This document shows, piece after piece, positions 41,075 to 53,576 of a DNA stretch of 64,000 nt; the stretch's first letter is position 1, and every line of letters begins with the position of its first letter. Source of the stretch: Takakia lepidozioides (Eukaryota > Plantae > Bryophyta); contig CM060732.1 of assembly GCA_030704615.1 (NCBI GenBank), forward strand, positions 25,172,001-25,236,000. Direction: 5' to 3'. Below the pieces are notes generated by a model that saw only the letters and a program-made list of their open reading frames with translations, was not told the origin of the DNA and made no database searches. Both the position numbers and the translations under genes were made by a program.

Positions 41075-43238
41075 CTCTAACTGCTTGTTTCTGGGCCTCT
41101 TGGGGATGTGATAAATCTCTTTCTTTCTTTCTCCTCTTCAGACTTGCTAGAAAAAGCAAGCCCATTGCCATTTTACTGGGTTAAACCCCCCCATCCTCGA
41201 TCAGCTCATTTGGCATCTAAGATAGTCCACTCTATCTGTCTTCTCCTCTCCGTCCAAAGTTCCTCATAGTATACAACGCATTACGTTGACAGGCTCAGAG
41301 CTGCAGCATTCGACACACAGTGGCGACTCTCCAATGTGAAACAGGCCCTTGCCCTTCCTGTATCTTCAGGCCATTTGACACGGCTAATTTGATAGATCAC
41401 TGACCAGGCAGGACAACAAGGAAATCAAGCCATCAGAAGCCACCCACGGAAGATGCATTCAACTGAATTCAATGCAAAACTGGACAAATCAGACCATTGC
41501 AAAGAAGATGCCTGGTGAGAAACTGACGATTTTATAAAAGAGAATCCAATCTACCGGATTCACAACTCTACTCCATCCTCGAAATGTCGACTCAATGCAA
41601 GCTATGACCATTTATCCAAGTAGTGGATAAATAAGTTGTTGTGGGGCACTCTGATTGGGGCAACTGATATCAAAGTCGATATGTGTGATCGGTTAATTAC
41701 GGGCCACCACAGACACAGCTCGTCTACGAGTTGAAAATCTACATATGGGAATCTTCATCGGTGTCCCAACATATCCGTACTTTCTCTCGCAAGAACCGGA
41801 CTGGTATTGCGAGTGTCCATTCTGGCATTATCGTCCATGCCACTTTAGACGCAGCCCACACCGCGAACCGGGAAGGTGAGTAGCAGACGACTCGTCATTG
41901 CTTTGGATGAACCAAGGCCTCACTTCATTGCACGCCCCTCTTCAACAAACTAATCGATCTCTCCAGGTACAAAATGGGCTTGCATAAATCGATAAGGCAG
42001 TCAACGCAGCTGAAACATCAGTAATAAACAATCCATCCAGCAACCGACATAGCATCACCGGGCATTTGAATGCCCAGCTGATCCCATATTAGGACATAAT
42101 CCCAGCACCAATCTATCCTCTATCCTCACACAAGTGTCTCCCACACCCAAGACACAGGATCGTCCCCACCCGCACAAAGCCACACCTCCCTCACTCAATC
42201 ACACGCACTCTTCTCTCTCACCCATCACTGCAAACAGACCAAAGATCAACACTTACAATCATGAGAAGCTGGTAGGCCCGCCACGGTACGCGATCACAAT
42301 CTGTGCGCTACAATCCATGATAGCCATGGCGTTCTTCCTCGTACCTACGAAATGCACAGAGACTTTGCCTCGCAAAACTGAGGAAGAATCTCTCGGACTT
42401 GATTAGTGAGTCGATTAGTGTGTTTAGTGGGTGGGTTTAGGATTCTCATGAGTGACTGTGGCTTATTATTGTCCATTAGTGGATGTATTAGTCATAGGCG
42501 GTTGGTTTAAGGTCTACTCAGCAGTAGGTGTACACGTGTACACTTACTAACGGCTCACGTATAAAACATCACACAACAGTTTCTGTTACAAAGCAGAATT
42601 CAGACTGGTGGCTCACCCGTTAGGGCCTACCCGTTAACGTTAGGTAACGGTGACTGTTAGTCTGACAAGGAAATCGTACTTTCACAAAGAAGAGTGATTT
42701 CCTCATTATGGTCCTATGGATAGACATTGTGGATGGGAACAGCTTCAGTGGATGAATGTTTGACGCGCACCCAAAAATTTAAAAAACCCATGTAGATTGG
42801 GCTCTACGAAGTAGAATCCACCACTTGGCATTGCTCATAACAAAATCATGGAGGTAGCGATGATGTTTTGTATTTTTTATTTCTACGAAAACAAATTTTG
42901 AAAATGAGGGGAATAAGTCTGTGAAGATAGACTTGGGGATGAAGGAAATAATAAGTGTGTGTGAAAATAGGGAATGGGGTTGAGGTCAATAATAGGCACC
43001 CCTAAGACATGTGGGTTCTTTCCACTCATTATTTATCCCTATAGTTTTCCACATAAGGGTTATTAATCTTAGTAATTCATTATTATTATTATTATTATTA
43101 TTATTGCGACATGAGAGGCTCTGATAATCAAATTAATAAGAACAGGAAACAAATCATTCGGCATAAGCCAAAAAATGTACAAGGGAATACCACCCCGTAA
43201 CCACAAGCTAACAACTAAAACTCAACCACAATGTTTCG

Positions 43239-43423
43239 ACCTTGGCAAGTTCAACACTCTTATGTCGAATATTTATTTTATTTTGAGAATTCCATTTCGA
43301 AATATGGAATATTCCCAAAGATACTCTATTATCATTCACGAAATTATTTAATTTCATAAAACTAATTTCCAGAATTTTCAACAGTCTTTAAAATATTAGT
43401 ATTTGTGTCGAACTTGCCAAGGT
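43239..43423. mobile_element. MITE-like element with 19-bp terminal inverted repeats
   Basis: accttggcaagttcaacac ... gtgtcgaacttgccaaggt (1 mismatch) around an AT-rich core. Confidence 0.65.
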
Positions 43424-43678
43424 ACTACGGTATCTCAAAACATCATCATAATTTAGGTTTAATTGAACTGATGAGATACAAAAAAAAATAACCTTGCAAA
43501 AATGTCATGGAGACAAATAGAGGGAACGATAAAGTTGAGTAACGAGGAAGGGACTGGAGGCATAAAACAATAGCATAATAAACGTTGAGCTAAAACAACG
43601 CTGCTAGCTACCTCATGTTTAGAATGAAGGATGACGTCTCTTGAAGGAAGCGTAAATTACAATGTCTCTTCATTCCGA

Positions 43679-43816
43679 TGGACTACTGCAGCAGAATCAA
43701 CAAAGAGATGTGTTTAGATTTTCTTTTTCTAAAACTCCTACAATGACTGGACTACTGCAGCAGAATCAACAAAGAGATGTGTTTAGATTTTCTTTTTCTA
43801 AAACTCCTACAATGAC
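43679..43816. repeat. Exact 69-bp tandem duplication
   Basis: Two identical copies start at 43679 and 43748. Confidence 0.95.
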
Positions 43817-43878
43817 GTCAATTGACCTTTGGACTCAGGACTCAGGGCAAAGGATCTTCCGAGGGGGTGCTACGTTCG

Positions 43879-44755
43879 GGGGGGGGGTTGGTAGAACGTG
43901 AGCACATCGTTCTACCAACCCCCCTTCCGAGTTGGTAGAACGTGAGCACAGGAAAACGTAGGCGTGAGCACAAAAACACGACAATAGGGTATACATGTTT
44001 CCACGGAAATAGAATTCATGCAAATAGGGTCCAAAAGAGCGAAAAATGTTAGTTGTGTGCCTATTTCTGTGCCTATCACTCTCCCTATTCTGTCCCTAAT
44101 TATGTCCCTAAACCCTAAACCCTAATGAAAATAGGCACCCGTAATATATATCTTCAAGCTCCAAGTTCCACATATCTACAGCTTTGGTATCCTACAAAAG
44201 AATAACACATTAGGGACGGGTTTCGGTAGTGAATAAATCAAGGTATCGGGTTTCGCCAACGAAATAATGGATTTCGCCAGCAGAATTATCATTGCGTAAG
44301 TCATTATCCAATGGTTTCGTGGGCGAAACAAAATGTGTTGGGTTTGGTTTTGCATATAAGAGACGACGTGAGATTGTTTTATTTCGCTAATGAATTGTTA
44401 TGTGCTTATTGCGGTATGTCGGTACCCATGCTTTCGTGGGCAAAACAGAATGAAATAATTCTAGTTTCGCGAATTACTAATTGCATCGAACGTCACCTAC
44501 ACTTGATTAAATACACAACTATTAAGCAACGAAAAATCCTTGATGGAGACGGCACCTACCAGATATTCCTTATGCCAACTTTGCATGGCTTGTGCTCACG
44601 TGAGCACAATTTGTTCACGTGAGTACAAAGTGCACATTTTAGTTTCGCCATCGCATCTTTTCAGGAATATTCTTGGAATTTCCAGTATATCCTCTTCTGC
44701 ACACGTGAGCAGGCGCCCAGGGGCGTGAGCCTACTCACATGCAACCCAACCTCCC
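43879..44755. mobile_element. Non-autonomous DNA transposon with G-rich termini, a terminal hairpin and an internal telomere-like motif
   Basis: Ends GGGGGGTTGG...CCAACCTCCC flanked by acgttcg on both sides. GTGAGCAC/GTGCTCAC subterminal motifs; (CCCTAAA)x3 at 44106-44125. Confidence 0.6.
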
Positions 44756-45302
44756 ACGTTCGTGTCAAGGGTACGGCGGGGATCGGCGGGGGGTGGGGGG
44801 ATTTGTAGGGCCGGGGGTCGGCGTGTGCCAGGAACATGGGCGGGGGATCGCCTGAGCGGGTCCCACGTGGGTAAGAGGGGACGGTGGAGATTGGCCGGGG
44901 GTGGGGGATCTGTGGGCCCGGCTGGGGATCGGTGCCAGCCGAGACACCATAATTTGCTCTAAACTAAATTGTCACAGTAACTTCTCTAACAAAAAGTTAC
45001 CTGAAAAGAGTGACAAGTTTTCTGTAACAAATTTTGTACATTTACAGCAAATTCTGAAACGGCAGTTCTCAGATCAAAATTACTACAACTAAAAGTTAGA
45101 ATTAGACTGAGTAAAAGAGCTAACAAAAACCTTCACCATCCACACGATCTGGAACAACAGGGCAAATTTGAATCTGAACGAGAACCATTTCCATGAACAT
45201 GTCCCTGACTGAAGTCTCATGAAGCTCCAGAGGAACTGTTGCCCTTATCATTGGATGTATTCAGATAAACTAGTGTAGAGTCACGACTTTGTCCCCTCTG
45301 TT

Positions 45303-45700
45303 CACTACAACAGATAAGTGTTTTTATGACTGCAAATATGACTATTTTTTCAGTCATATATGCGTTCATGACTACATGACTCTGAAGTGAAAAAAACGGC
45401 GTGATCGCGACTAGTCTTTAGGACTGCGTTTTGCAAGTCGTAGCCGTGATTGCGTGCGTGGCACCTGGAGTCATGCAGAGGAGAGTGATGTAGTCACAAC
45501 TCTATGACTTACATATGACTAACTATATGACTACATTGTCTGAGCGTTGTCTACATGGAAAGGCTTCAGTGGAACACGTGCACCACTGCGCAAGCAACAC
45601 GTCACGCATTCGTAAGGGGATCGTATGACTATATGTCTGCAGAGCGATGCCTACATAGAGAGGCGCCGGATGGACACGTGCGCCATTGCGGATTTGACAT
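45303..45700 (+). mobile_element. CACTA element left end with subterminal repeats (truncated)
   Basis: CACTACAACAGA terminus followed by many (t)atgact/agtcat motifs in both orientations. Confidence 0.6.
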
Positions 45701-46022
45701 GTCATTTTTGAAATATTTTTTAATAATGTTTTTTATTTTAATAAATCAAATTATAAAATTTAGATTATTAATTGATTAAATTCTTCATTATGTTTTTGGG
45801 AAAATAGAATGGAAGACCAACGGGGCTTGTACAAGTCCTGTAAATCATATTACAAAATTCCAAATTGGACAAGCATCCCCACGGATGCCTCAAAGTCTAA
45901 TACAGAGCAAAAATTAAGCAAACCGACACAAGGGCAGAAGTTTTTTAGTACTACTATAGTACTGGTACTACCAGAATGAATGACTCTATTTACAACTATC
46001 GAATGCAGTACTCCTTACAACT

Positions 46023-46628
46023 CACTACTACGTTTGGGGGGGTTTAGCGATGCCCCTGCGACCTCCAACCGCCGCGATTAGCGACAAAAATACTTTACGG
46101 CGCCCGGGGCGTGCCAAAGGCATTTTGCGACGTCGGGAAGTCACAGAGACGTCGCTCCCGAAACGTCATTAATTAGCATCGTCGGGGAATCGCAAACCCC
46201 CCGGGACCCCCCGGCCGCGGCGCCAGCGCAACTTGCGACGTGCGGGCATCGAAATAATTAATTAATTAATTAATTAATTTAAAAAAAATCTGCGACGCCA
46301 CATAAAGGACGTCTGGGGGTCGTAAATGCGACCCCCAGACATCACAGTTTAGGGGGGTACATTTGAATTTAGGTGATAAAATTTGAATTTGAATTTGAAT
46401 TTCAAAAATTAGTTGACCACTGACTTGGCGTTGAGCATTGACTCCGGTTTTATCCAATGGCAGTTCATACATTGTTCTACATATATTAGGCAATGCATAC
46501 TTGAACCTAAGACCTCCACATTATAATATTTCTAAACACTACACAATAACCAACAAATCTACAATACATCTATGTATCACAAAAGCAATCCAAGTATATA
46601 TATACATATCAAGAGTTAGCTCCTAGTG
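46023..46628 (+). mobile_element. CACTA-like non-autonomous element or left end
   Basis: CACTACTACG start, GCGAC/GTCGC subterminal repeats and TTTGAA repeats. A possible TAGTG end at 46628 has ACT on both flanks, but the TIR match is weak. Confidence 0.45.
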
Positions 46629-47144
46629 ACTACCACTATCTCAATCCTATCATTGTGTTGCAGATTATGCGTACTCTACAAGAGCTCTCACACCTGGAAT
46701 TTGCACCGAGCCCCCCTCACCTGGACAGACAAAGAGCTCAGGGTCTTCACCAATTTTGCCATTCAGCGTTTGCAGCAAGTTTTAAAATTTAAACTTCCAG
46801 ACATGGTAGGACAACATTGTATGCCCCAAAGGATTCCACAAAAAGTTCGACAGTTAAAACACCTGAGAGGAGATGAGGATTCTGATACAACTGTTTCTTC
46901 AGCGGACTCTTTTGACATGGGAGAAGACTATGCAATTCAGATGGCAGAGAAGAAGCGACGGGGGTCTCTTATGCCTGAAAGGTTACCTCGATATCAGCCT
47001 CCAGAGGGCTTCACATATCCAGGTAGTGTTCAATCATCTCCGTCAACCAGTGACAGACCTCGGGCTCGTACACAGAGTCCTTCACGAGACTCTCAACGTC
47101 AGAAAGGTACTCGCTCACAAAGGTTTTCTAATCCCAATCAGTAA
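46626..47144 (+). other. Coding-like remnant in the 3' internal region of the plus-strand gypsy element
   Basis: 172-aa ORF ending ~20 bp before the polypurine tract; no recognisable domain. Confidence 0.35.
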
Positions 47145-47165
47145 ACCGTGAGGACACGACTTTTT

Positions 47166-48050
47166 GAGAGGGGAAGGGGTAATGTTAGAGGACTGTCTGG
47201 GACTTAGACACTTATACGGGATATGTGGGGTACCCTTAATTTTTGCACAGACTGAGATCAACAGGAGCCTTAGGGGTGACAACAGCGCACTTTAGAGGGG
47301 GGTTACACAGCCCGTCACAGCCAACATAGCCCATCACAGCCAACACAGCCCGTCATAGTCCGACACAGCCGACACAGCCAGACACAGCCGTCACAGCCAG
47401 TCACAGCTTGACACAGTCGACACAGCCCAACACAGTCGCACAGCCAGTCACAGCTTGACACAGCTGTCACGACCATAGGGAACGGATAGCAGGACAAGGA
47501 CCGACTTTGAGGAACAACATCTGCGAATGGAACATGTTAGTACACGGATGACGACGGTTAGTGAGGGAAACGGTTAGAACAACGGGTAGGAAGATAAAGC
47601 CAGGAGCGAGGAAAGGAAGGGGGGACTTCTTGGGGAAATCTGGGAGAAGGGGGAGAGCACAGAGTAGGAGGAGGGCGATCTGTAGAGTTGTAATGTAGAG
47701 CAGATTAGAAACTCCATGGCTTCAGCTTGATACTCGATAGATATTAATCTGATACATACTTCATACTCACACTGTGTAGAGAGATCCGAGTGAAGCTGTG
47801 GAATGAATGGATGAGTTGATGGGATCCGATAGATTGCTGAAGCAAACTGATACTTAATTACCAACAGTAAGGTAACTAGCTAACATGAATGTGAGAAGGA
47901 AAACAAATAGGAAACACCCCCATGATACACTAGCTGTAGGTCATGACTGATTGTTTTGAGCGGGCTGAGTGCTTAGAGATTTCCAACTCTTCTATCTTGG
48001 AGTTTCCGCCTCGGATAGCGAAGGGATGGGTGAGCAAAAGCCGCGTGACA
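47166..48050 (+). mobile_element. Polypurine tract (47166-47179) and 3' LTR (47183-48050, 868 bp) of a plus-strand gypsy element
   Basis: GAGAGGGGAAGGGG then TGTTAGAG...GCCGCGTGACA. Homologous to the reverse complement of 54165-55039, with an internal ACACAGCC/TCACAGCC array. Confidence 0.9.
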
Positions 48051-50372
48051 CTTCCATACCATAAACTAATTGGAATGGTGTATACTTAGTGGTGACTTTA
48101 TATGAAGTCCTGTATGACCACAAAGCTGTCAGCAGCTTTGTATCCCAATCCGTTCTGTTTGCATTGACTATCTTAGCCAAGATAGTACATAGTATTTTGT
48201 TGGTAGCCTCTGCCTGCCCATCACCTTGTGGGTAATACGTTGTACTCTTCCTATGCACAATCATGAACTCTTTAGTCAATAGATCAATGGTCTCATTAAT
48301 GAAGTGACTTCCCTGGTCACTGATAAATTCCAAAGGACAGCCAAATCGTGTAAGTATGTTCTCATACAGGAACCTTGCTGTGGACCTGGCTGTGTTGTCC
48401 CTCAAAGCTTTAGCTTCCACCCACTTCGTAGTATAATCAGTGGCTGTAATTATGTACTTGTTCTGTGTATTCTTGGCCGGTGGGTTAATTGATCCAACAA
48501 AGTCTAGTCCCCATTTCTGAAATGGTTCGGTAGGCATCGTAGGATGCAAAGCCATCTTCCCAGATCTCTGCAAAGGTCCTAGCCTCTGACATTCATCACA
48601 ACTCTGACAATACTTGTGTACATCTTTGAACAAAGTAGGCCACCGGTATTCTGCAAGTAGTATCTTCCTACTGGTAGTCTCTTCTCCAAAATGACCTCCA
48701 GCCACTCCTTTATGAACTTCCTCCAAAACTTTATTTACTTCATGGTGGTACATGCATCGTTTAAGTACTCCATCAAGTCCTAGCTTATACATTCTGCCCC
48801 CTACCATAGTATAAGGTAAAGCCTTGATAGCGATTCTCTTCCTCTACTCTTTACCATAACTAGGTGGGCACATCTGATTGGCCATTGCCAATCTAACCAT
48901 TCATCTGCACTTCCTTGCACCTCCATTGCAAATAAACTCGCATCAGGCAATTGGTCGTCTACTCCTGTGGCGGCCTCTCCTGTTGTTAGGCGTGACAAAT
49001 GATCTACCACAAGATGCAAACGGCCAGGCTTGTAAACAACTTTGAACTCAAACTCGTGCAAGATTATTAACCACCTCGCTATCCTTCCACTTATCAAAGG
49101 TTTGTTCACCAATATATCAGAGCCTGGTGATCCACGTAAAACATAAACTTTCTTCCCAATAGGTAATGCCTGAATTTCTTGACTGCATAATCATTGCCAG
49201 TGCTTCTCTTTCAGTTGTGCTATAGTTCCTTTCAGCACTGTTCATTAACCTGCTCGCATAGTACACAGGTGAATCTATATTTCCTGTAATATTTTGAGCT
49301 AACACAGCTCCCAACGCTTCTCCTGAGGCATCACATCGAACATGAAATACTACATGCCAGTGAGGGTTAATCAGCACAGGTGTAGTTGTTATTGACAATG
49401 TAAGTTCCTCAAAGCCTGTTGACATTCAGCTGTCCATGCAAAGACTACATCTTTCTTCAGAAGCTTGCTCAATGGTGCTGCTATCTGTGCATACCTTTTG
49501 ACAAATCTTCTGTAATAACTGGTTTGGCCAAGGAATCTCCTTAGCACCCCTGAGTTCACACAAAAAGTACACTTCTCTGGATTCAGGCCCAGACCTCTCA
49601 TTCTGCATCTGGCCAAACATAACTCCAATTTATGCAAGTGCTCATTCTTAGAGCTGTACACACTGAAATCATCCAAGAACACCTGCATGAAATCATCGAG
49701 ATACTCATGAAAAGATTTACTTATCACTCTCTGAAAGGTTGCTGGTGCATTACAAAGTCCAAAGGGCATGACTTTGTATGCATAAGCACCCGAGTCTGTG
49801 ATGAAAGCCGTCTTTCCCTGGTCTTCTTCTGCCACTTGCACTTGATTATAACCATTGAAGCCATCCATGAATGAGTACATCTCATGGCCTGCCACAGTGT
49901 CTAATACTGCTTCTGTGAATGGCAAAGGGAATGGATCTTTCTTCGTGCAAGCATTCATCTTCTTATAGTTCACACAAACTCTCAGTTTACCATTCTTCTT
50001 GGGAACTATCACAATGGGTGACAACCAAGTTGTATACTCTATTGGGTATATAAACTTAGCCTCAGCCAACTTCTTGATCTCTTCTCCAACCTTCTGTGCA
50101 TAGTTGGGATTCATTCTGTACCTTGCCTGTTTGATTGGTACTGACCCTGGTTCCAATTCAATCTTATGCTGACAGATCTCAGGTGGTATCCCTTTTAGAT
50201 CCTCATAGCTCCAAGCAAATACATCTCTGTATTTGATGAACAAACTCTTAGCTTCCTCAAAGAATTCTGGCTCCAAATCAGCCCCTACCCTCACCATCCT
50301 CGGTTCCTCTTCAGTTCCCACATTCACTTCTCTCACCTGCTCATCAGCTGTGATACTACAACCAGTCACCAC
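48051..50372 (-). pseudogene. Disrupted pol: reverse transcriptase, RNase H and integrase
   Basis: RT motifs WLSPIVIVPKKNGKLRVCVNY, YKVMPFGLCNAPATFQR, FLDDFSVY. RNase H CDASGEALGAVL..NYSTTEREALA. Integrase HHCC, WGLDFVG, ISDQGSHF, QAEATNK. Contains stops, frameshifts and an internal RT deletion. Confidence 0.92.
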
Positions 50373-50435
50373 TTCATCCTATAAAATCACAGTGGCTGGT
50401 TCCTCTAGGATTTCCATTTCTCCTTCTCTTTCTCC

Positions 50436-53400
50436 TTAAAAATGTGGTGGGTAACTGCTTATTTCTCCTTCAATTGGTGTTGCTGTCACTACACCACAGC
50501 GGATACCTTTTAAACAACTTAGGCCTTCTAGCTGCATCTCTGCAACCTGTTCCCACTCTGGGTGTGCAGCGAACATGGTAGTTTCCTGCTCCTCATCCAG
50601 TCCTCCCCTCCAGTCATACTCCCTGACCCCTCGAGGTCTTCTCGTAGCAGGTAATCTACTAGATTTCTTAGTGGTAATTTGTATCGTGTACATCCCATTA
50701 TGCACAGTTAGTAACAGAGAATTCCAGTCATGGAATACCCTGGCCTGTTTCAGCCACGGACGTCCCAATAATAAGGAGTAAGCCTCCATGACTTCATCCA
50801 TTTTCAACACAGTTACTGTGATCATAAAGATCATCTTTTGTATCTGTATCTTAACTCCTCTTATCAATCCCAATGGTTGTACATTTCTTTGATCTGCCAT
50901 TGTTACTGTAAATGGGGCTGGTTTCATGTTACTTAGACCAAGCTTTTGCCTTAATTGGTCTGTCATGATATTCACTCCAGAGCCTCCATCTATCAGTACA
51001 TCAGTTAGTTTTGTGCTTCCAATTCTCAATTGGATTACTGGCATAGAATCATCAAAGTCCATGACTGTTTCTCGCCCTTTCGGCTTCACATTATAACTGG
51101 TCACCTTGCTGTTCAGGTCTGTGTTTCCTGTCACATGGGCAATTCGATTGATTGCTTGATACAGCCTGTGTCTACAATAAGGTGCCACAGCCAATAGCTG
51201 TCCAATGGTAATCTCTGCTTTGGTCTGGCATATTACTTCAGCCAAAGTCCCTTCATTACTCTGCATGTTTGCAGCTTCTTTCTTCCTTTCATCCTCACTC
51301 ACTTCTTCTTCTCCATCAGAATCAGAGGAATCTGCTATAGGAATATAAGTACTCTTCTGCATTTCCCTTATGGTATTTGCCACTTCTTTGTGCAGTTCCT
51401 TCTCATCCCTCCAAGCCTCATCATCTTCAGCCACATCACTGCCATCTTCATTATCATCATCTTCCTCAACTACTGGAGGTATTAGTTTGGCTTTGTTTCT
51501 CGTTACTATCATTGTACTTACTTTTGGTACAACACATGGCCTAACCATGTGAGCTGCCACCACTGGGCCCTCATTCACATGAGCTCTCATCTCATTCTGG
51601 TGTCTAATCCAGAATGAACAGGCTGCCTTGCGATGTCCTGCCTGATTACAATAGTAACACAGTTCTTCACCATTGGGTCCTCGCCCTTGGTCTGCTCTGG
51701 GATTATTTCTGTAATCCTGATTCCCTGGCTGGTAATTCCCCCTTGGATTACCCTGATAGTTGCCTCTGGAATTTCCTTGGTAATTTCCTCTTGGATTACC
51801 TCTCCCTTCCATACCATTGTTATAACCACCAGGCCTACCATAGTGGTCCTGATCATTGTTTCTTCTTGGCTGGGGCTGCACCTGATGCACCCTTACTTGC
51901 CTAGGTTCTCTTGCAGCTGTCCTTCTGTTGTAGTAACAATTCTCAGTAGAATGGTTATCCATTTTACAGATAGTACAATGTTTCTCCTTCATGTGGCATT
52001 CTGTGGTGGTATGGCCTTCATTTTGGCACTTTGCACACCATACACCCTTCCTCCAATGTGTTGCAGCCTTTGTGGCATATTTCTTCAAGATTTCTTCCAA
52101 TCTTTTTTCATAGTTATCCCTCTTCAACTTCTCCTTTCTCTTACTCTTCCTTTTTAGTTCTTGCTCTTCTTCTTCATCTGACTCCTCCTCAGAGTCTTCA
52201 TCATCCCTTTTCTCTCTCCTGAGCATTCCCAATTGCTCAATTCTATTTGCAGTTTCAAATGCCTCCTCCACCGTATTATGGGGTAACATATCCACTTTCT
52301 TTTGCGACTCTGGTCTGAGTCCACTCACAAACCAAGTCTTCTGTAAACCTGGTGCTGGTACAGCAGCCAGCTTTGTCATCATCAATTCCATTTTTTCCAT
52401 ATACTCCTCAACAGTTTCATGCTTCTTTTGCTTTAACTGTTGTAAACTTCCATACACTTCATCCTCAGTTTTACTTGTCCTGAACCTGTTTCGGAATGTT
52501 GTATTCAAGCCGTTCCAGGTTAGAAAATGATTATCAGGGAATCTTGCATACCATTCACTTGCTTTCTTGATAAGTGAACAAGGAAACAGTCTCATCTTGG
52601 CATCATCGCCATTCTCATTGTTCACTATACACATGTGCTCAAATTGGCTAATGTGTACATCAGGATCCCCTTTTCCTGAATATATTGGAAAAGGTGGTTT
52701 TGCCCGTGTTGGTTGTAACACCATCTGTGGCCCTACTCTCTGCCCACTGACAGATGCTGGCACCCTTGCTAGTGTTGGTCCTTGAGGACCTATTGTAGTT
52801 GTGGTGGATCTTCCACCCAGTGGTGGCCCCTGAGCACTCCCTGCTACTGGCCCCACGTTATTCACAATATTCCCAGCTCCAGTTGCACTACTTCCCACAC
52901 TCCCTGTCCCCCCAGAGCCAAATCCAGGCTGCCCGCCTGATCCCCCTGAGCCGACACCTTCGTTGGCCTGTGATCCAAGTGCTCCACTTGATCTAGGTCC
53001 AACGGGTTGGGATGTCCTGGTTGTAGTCTCAATCTCAGCTGTTGGGTCTACTTCTTCATACTCTTCCTCTTCCAATTTCTTCTCTCTGTTTTCATCCTCC
53101 AAGTTTTGCCCTTGGGTTTCTTCTTCACTCATGTAACTCAACTGTAATGGTGTTGGAGAGTCTGAACTCTCCGTTGGTTCTGCCACATCCTCTCCTCCTT
53201 CTTCATCTTCCGTCTCAGAAATTGGAGTTCCTGCTTTTGGTATTTCATGCCAACTCTTATCAAAGATTTCTGTCAAATCTTTTATCCAGGGATGTACCTC
53301 AAATCTTTCACCTCGTGGTTGATCTTCTTCCTGTACCAATTCCCTTAATCTTTCTTGCAAAGAAAAAGAAGGAGTGGCATCCAACTCTAATTCTTCCGGT

Positions 53401-53555
53401 ATAGGTGATGTACTCCCTGATCTTAATGGTGTGAGAGGTCCAGATGATTCCCCTATGTCTATTCCTCTCTCCCAAAGATATGGATAATTAGCTTTCAGAT
53501 AACTTTCTCTTTTTGCTGAATATCTCTGGAGTCTAGCTTCTCTTTCATCACTCAT
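50436..53555 (-). CDS. Gag-protease region of the gypsy polyprotein
   Basis: Retrotransposon gag core (YSGKGDPDVHISQF...LFPCSL...WY), three CX2CX4HX4C zinc knuckles, aspartic protease LIDGGSGVNIM. Confidence 0.92.
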   Translation of the reverse strand: MSDEREARLQRYSAKRESYLKANYPYLWERGIDIGESSGPLTPLRSGSTSPIPEELELDATPSFSLQERLRELVQEEDQPRGERFEVHPWIKDLTEIFDKSWHEIPKAGTPISETEDEEGGEDVAEPTESSDSPTPLQLSYMSEEETQGQNLEDENREKKLEEEEYEEVDPTAEIETTTRTSQPVGPRSSGALGSQANEGVGSGGSGGQPGFGSGGTGSVGSSATGAGNIVNNVGPVAGSAQGPPLGGRSTTTTIGPQGPTLARVPASVSGQRVGPQMVLQPTRAKPPFPIYSGKGDPDVHISQFEHMCIVNNENGDDAKMRLFPCSLIKKASEWYARFPDNHFLTWNGLNTTFRNRFRTSKTEDEVYGSLQQLKQKKHETVEEYMEKMELMMTKLAAVPAPGLQKTWFVSGLRPESQKKVDMLPHNTVEEAFETANRIEQLGMLRREKRDDEDSEEESDEEEEQELKRKSKRKEKLKRDNYEKRLEEILKKYATKAATHWRKGVWCAKCQNEGHTTTECHMKEKHCTICKMDNHSTENCYYNRRTAAREPRQVRVHQVQPQPRRNNDQDHYGRPGGYNNGMEGRGNPRGNYQGNSRGNYQGNPRGNYQPGNQDYRNNPRADQGRGPNGEELCYYCNQAGHRKAACSFWIRHQNEMRAHVNEGPVVAAHMVRPCVVPKVSTMIVTRNKAKLIPPVVEEDDDNEDGSDVAEDDEAWRDEKELHKEVANTIREMQKSTYIPIADSSDSDGEEEVSEDERKKEAANMQSNEGTLAEVICQTKAEITIGQLLAVAPYCRHRLYQAINRIAHVTGNTDLNSKVTSYNVKPKGRETVMDFDDSMPVIQLRIGSTKLTDVLIDGGSGVNIMTDQLRQKLGLSNMKPAPFTVTMADQRNVQPLGLIRGVKIQIQKMIFMITVTVLKMDEVMEAYSLLLGRPWLKQARVFHDWNSLLLTVHNGMYTIQITTKKSSRLPATRRPRGVREYDWRGGLDEEQETTMFAAHPEWEQVAEMQLEGLSCLKGIRCGVVTATPIEGEISSYPPHF

Positions 53556-53576
53556 GTCCCATGTCTTTCATTTCTT

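Noticed and set aside
44106-44125. Chromosome-end or fusion-site telomere
   Set aside because: Only about three units, inside a small transposon-like element.
50372-50438. Programmed frameshift between gag-PR and RT
   Set aside because: RT continues in the same frame after two in-frame stops (TAA, TAG), consistent with nonsense mutations in one polyprotein.
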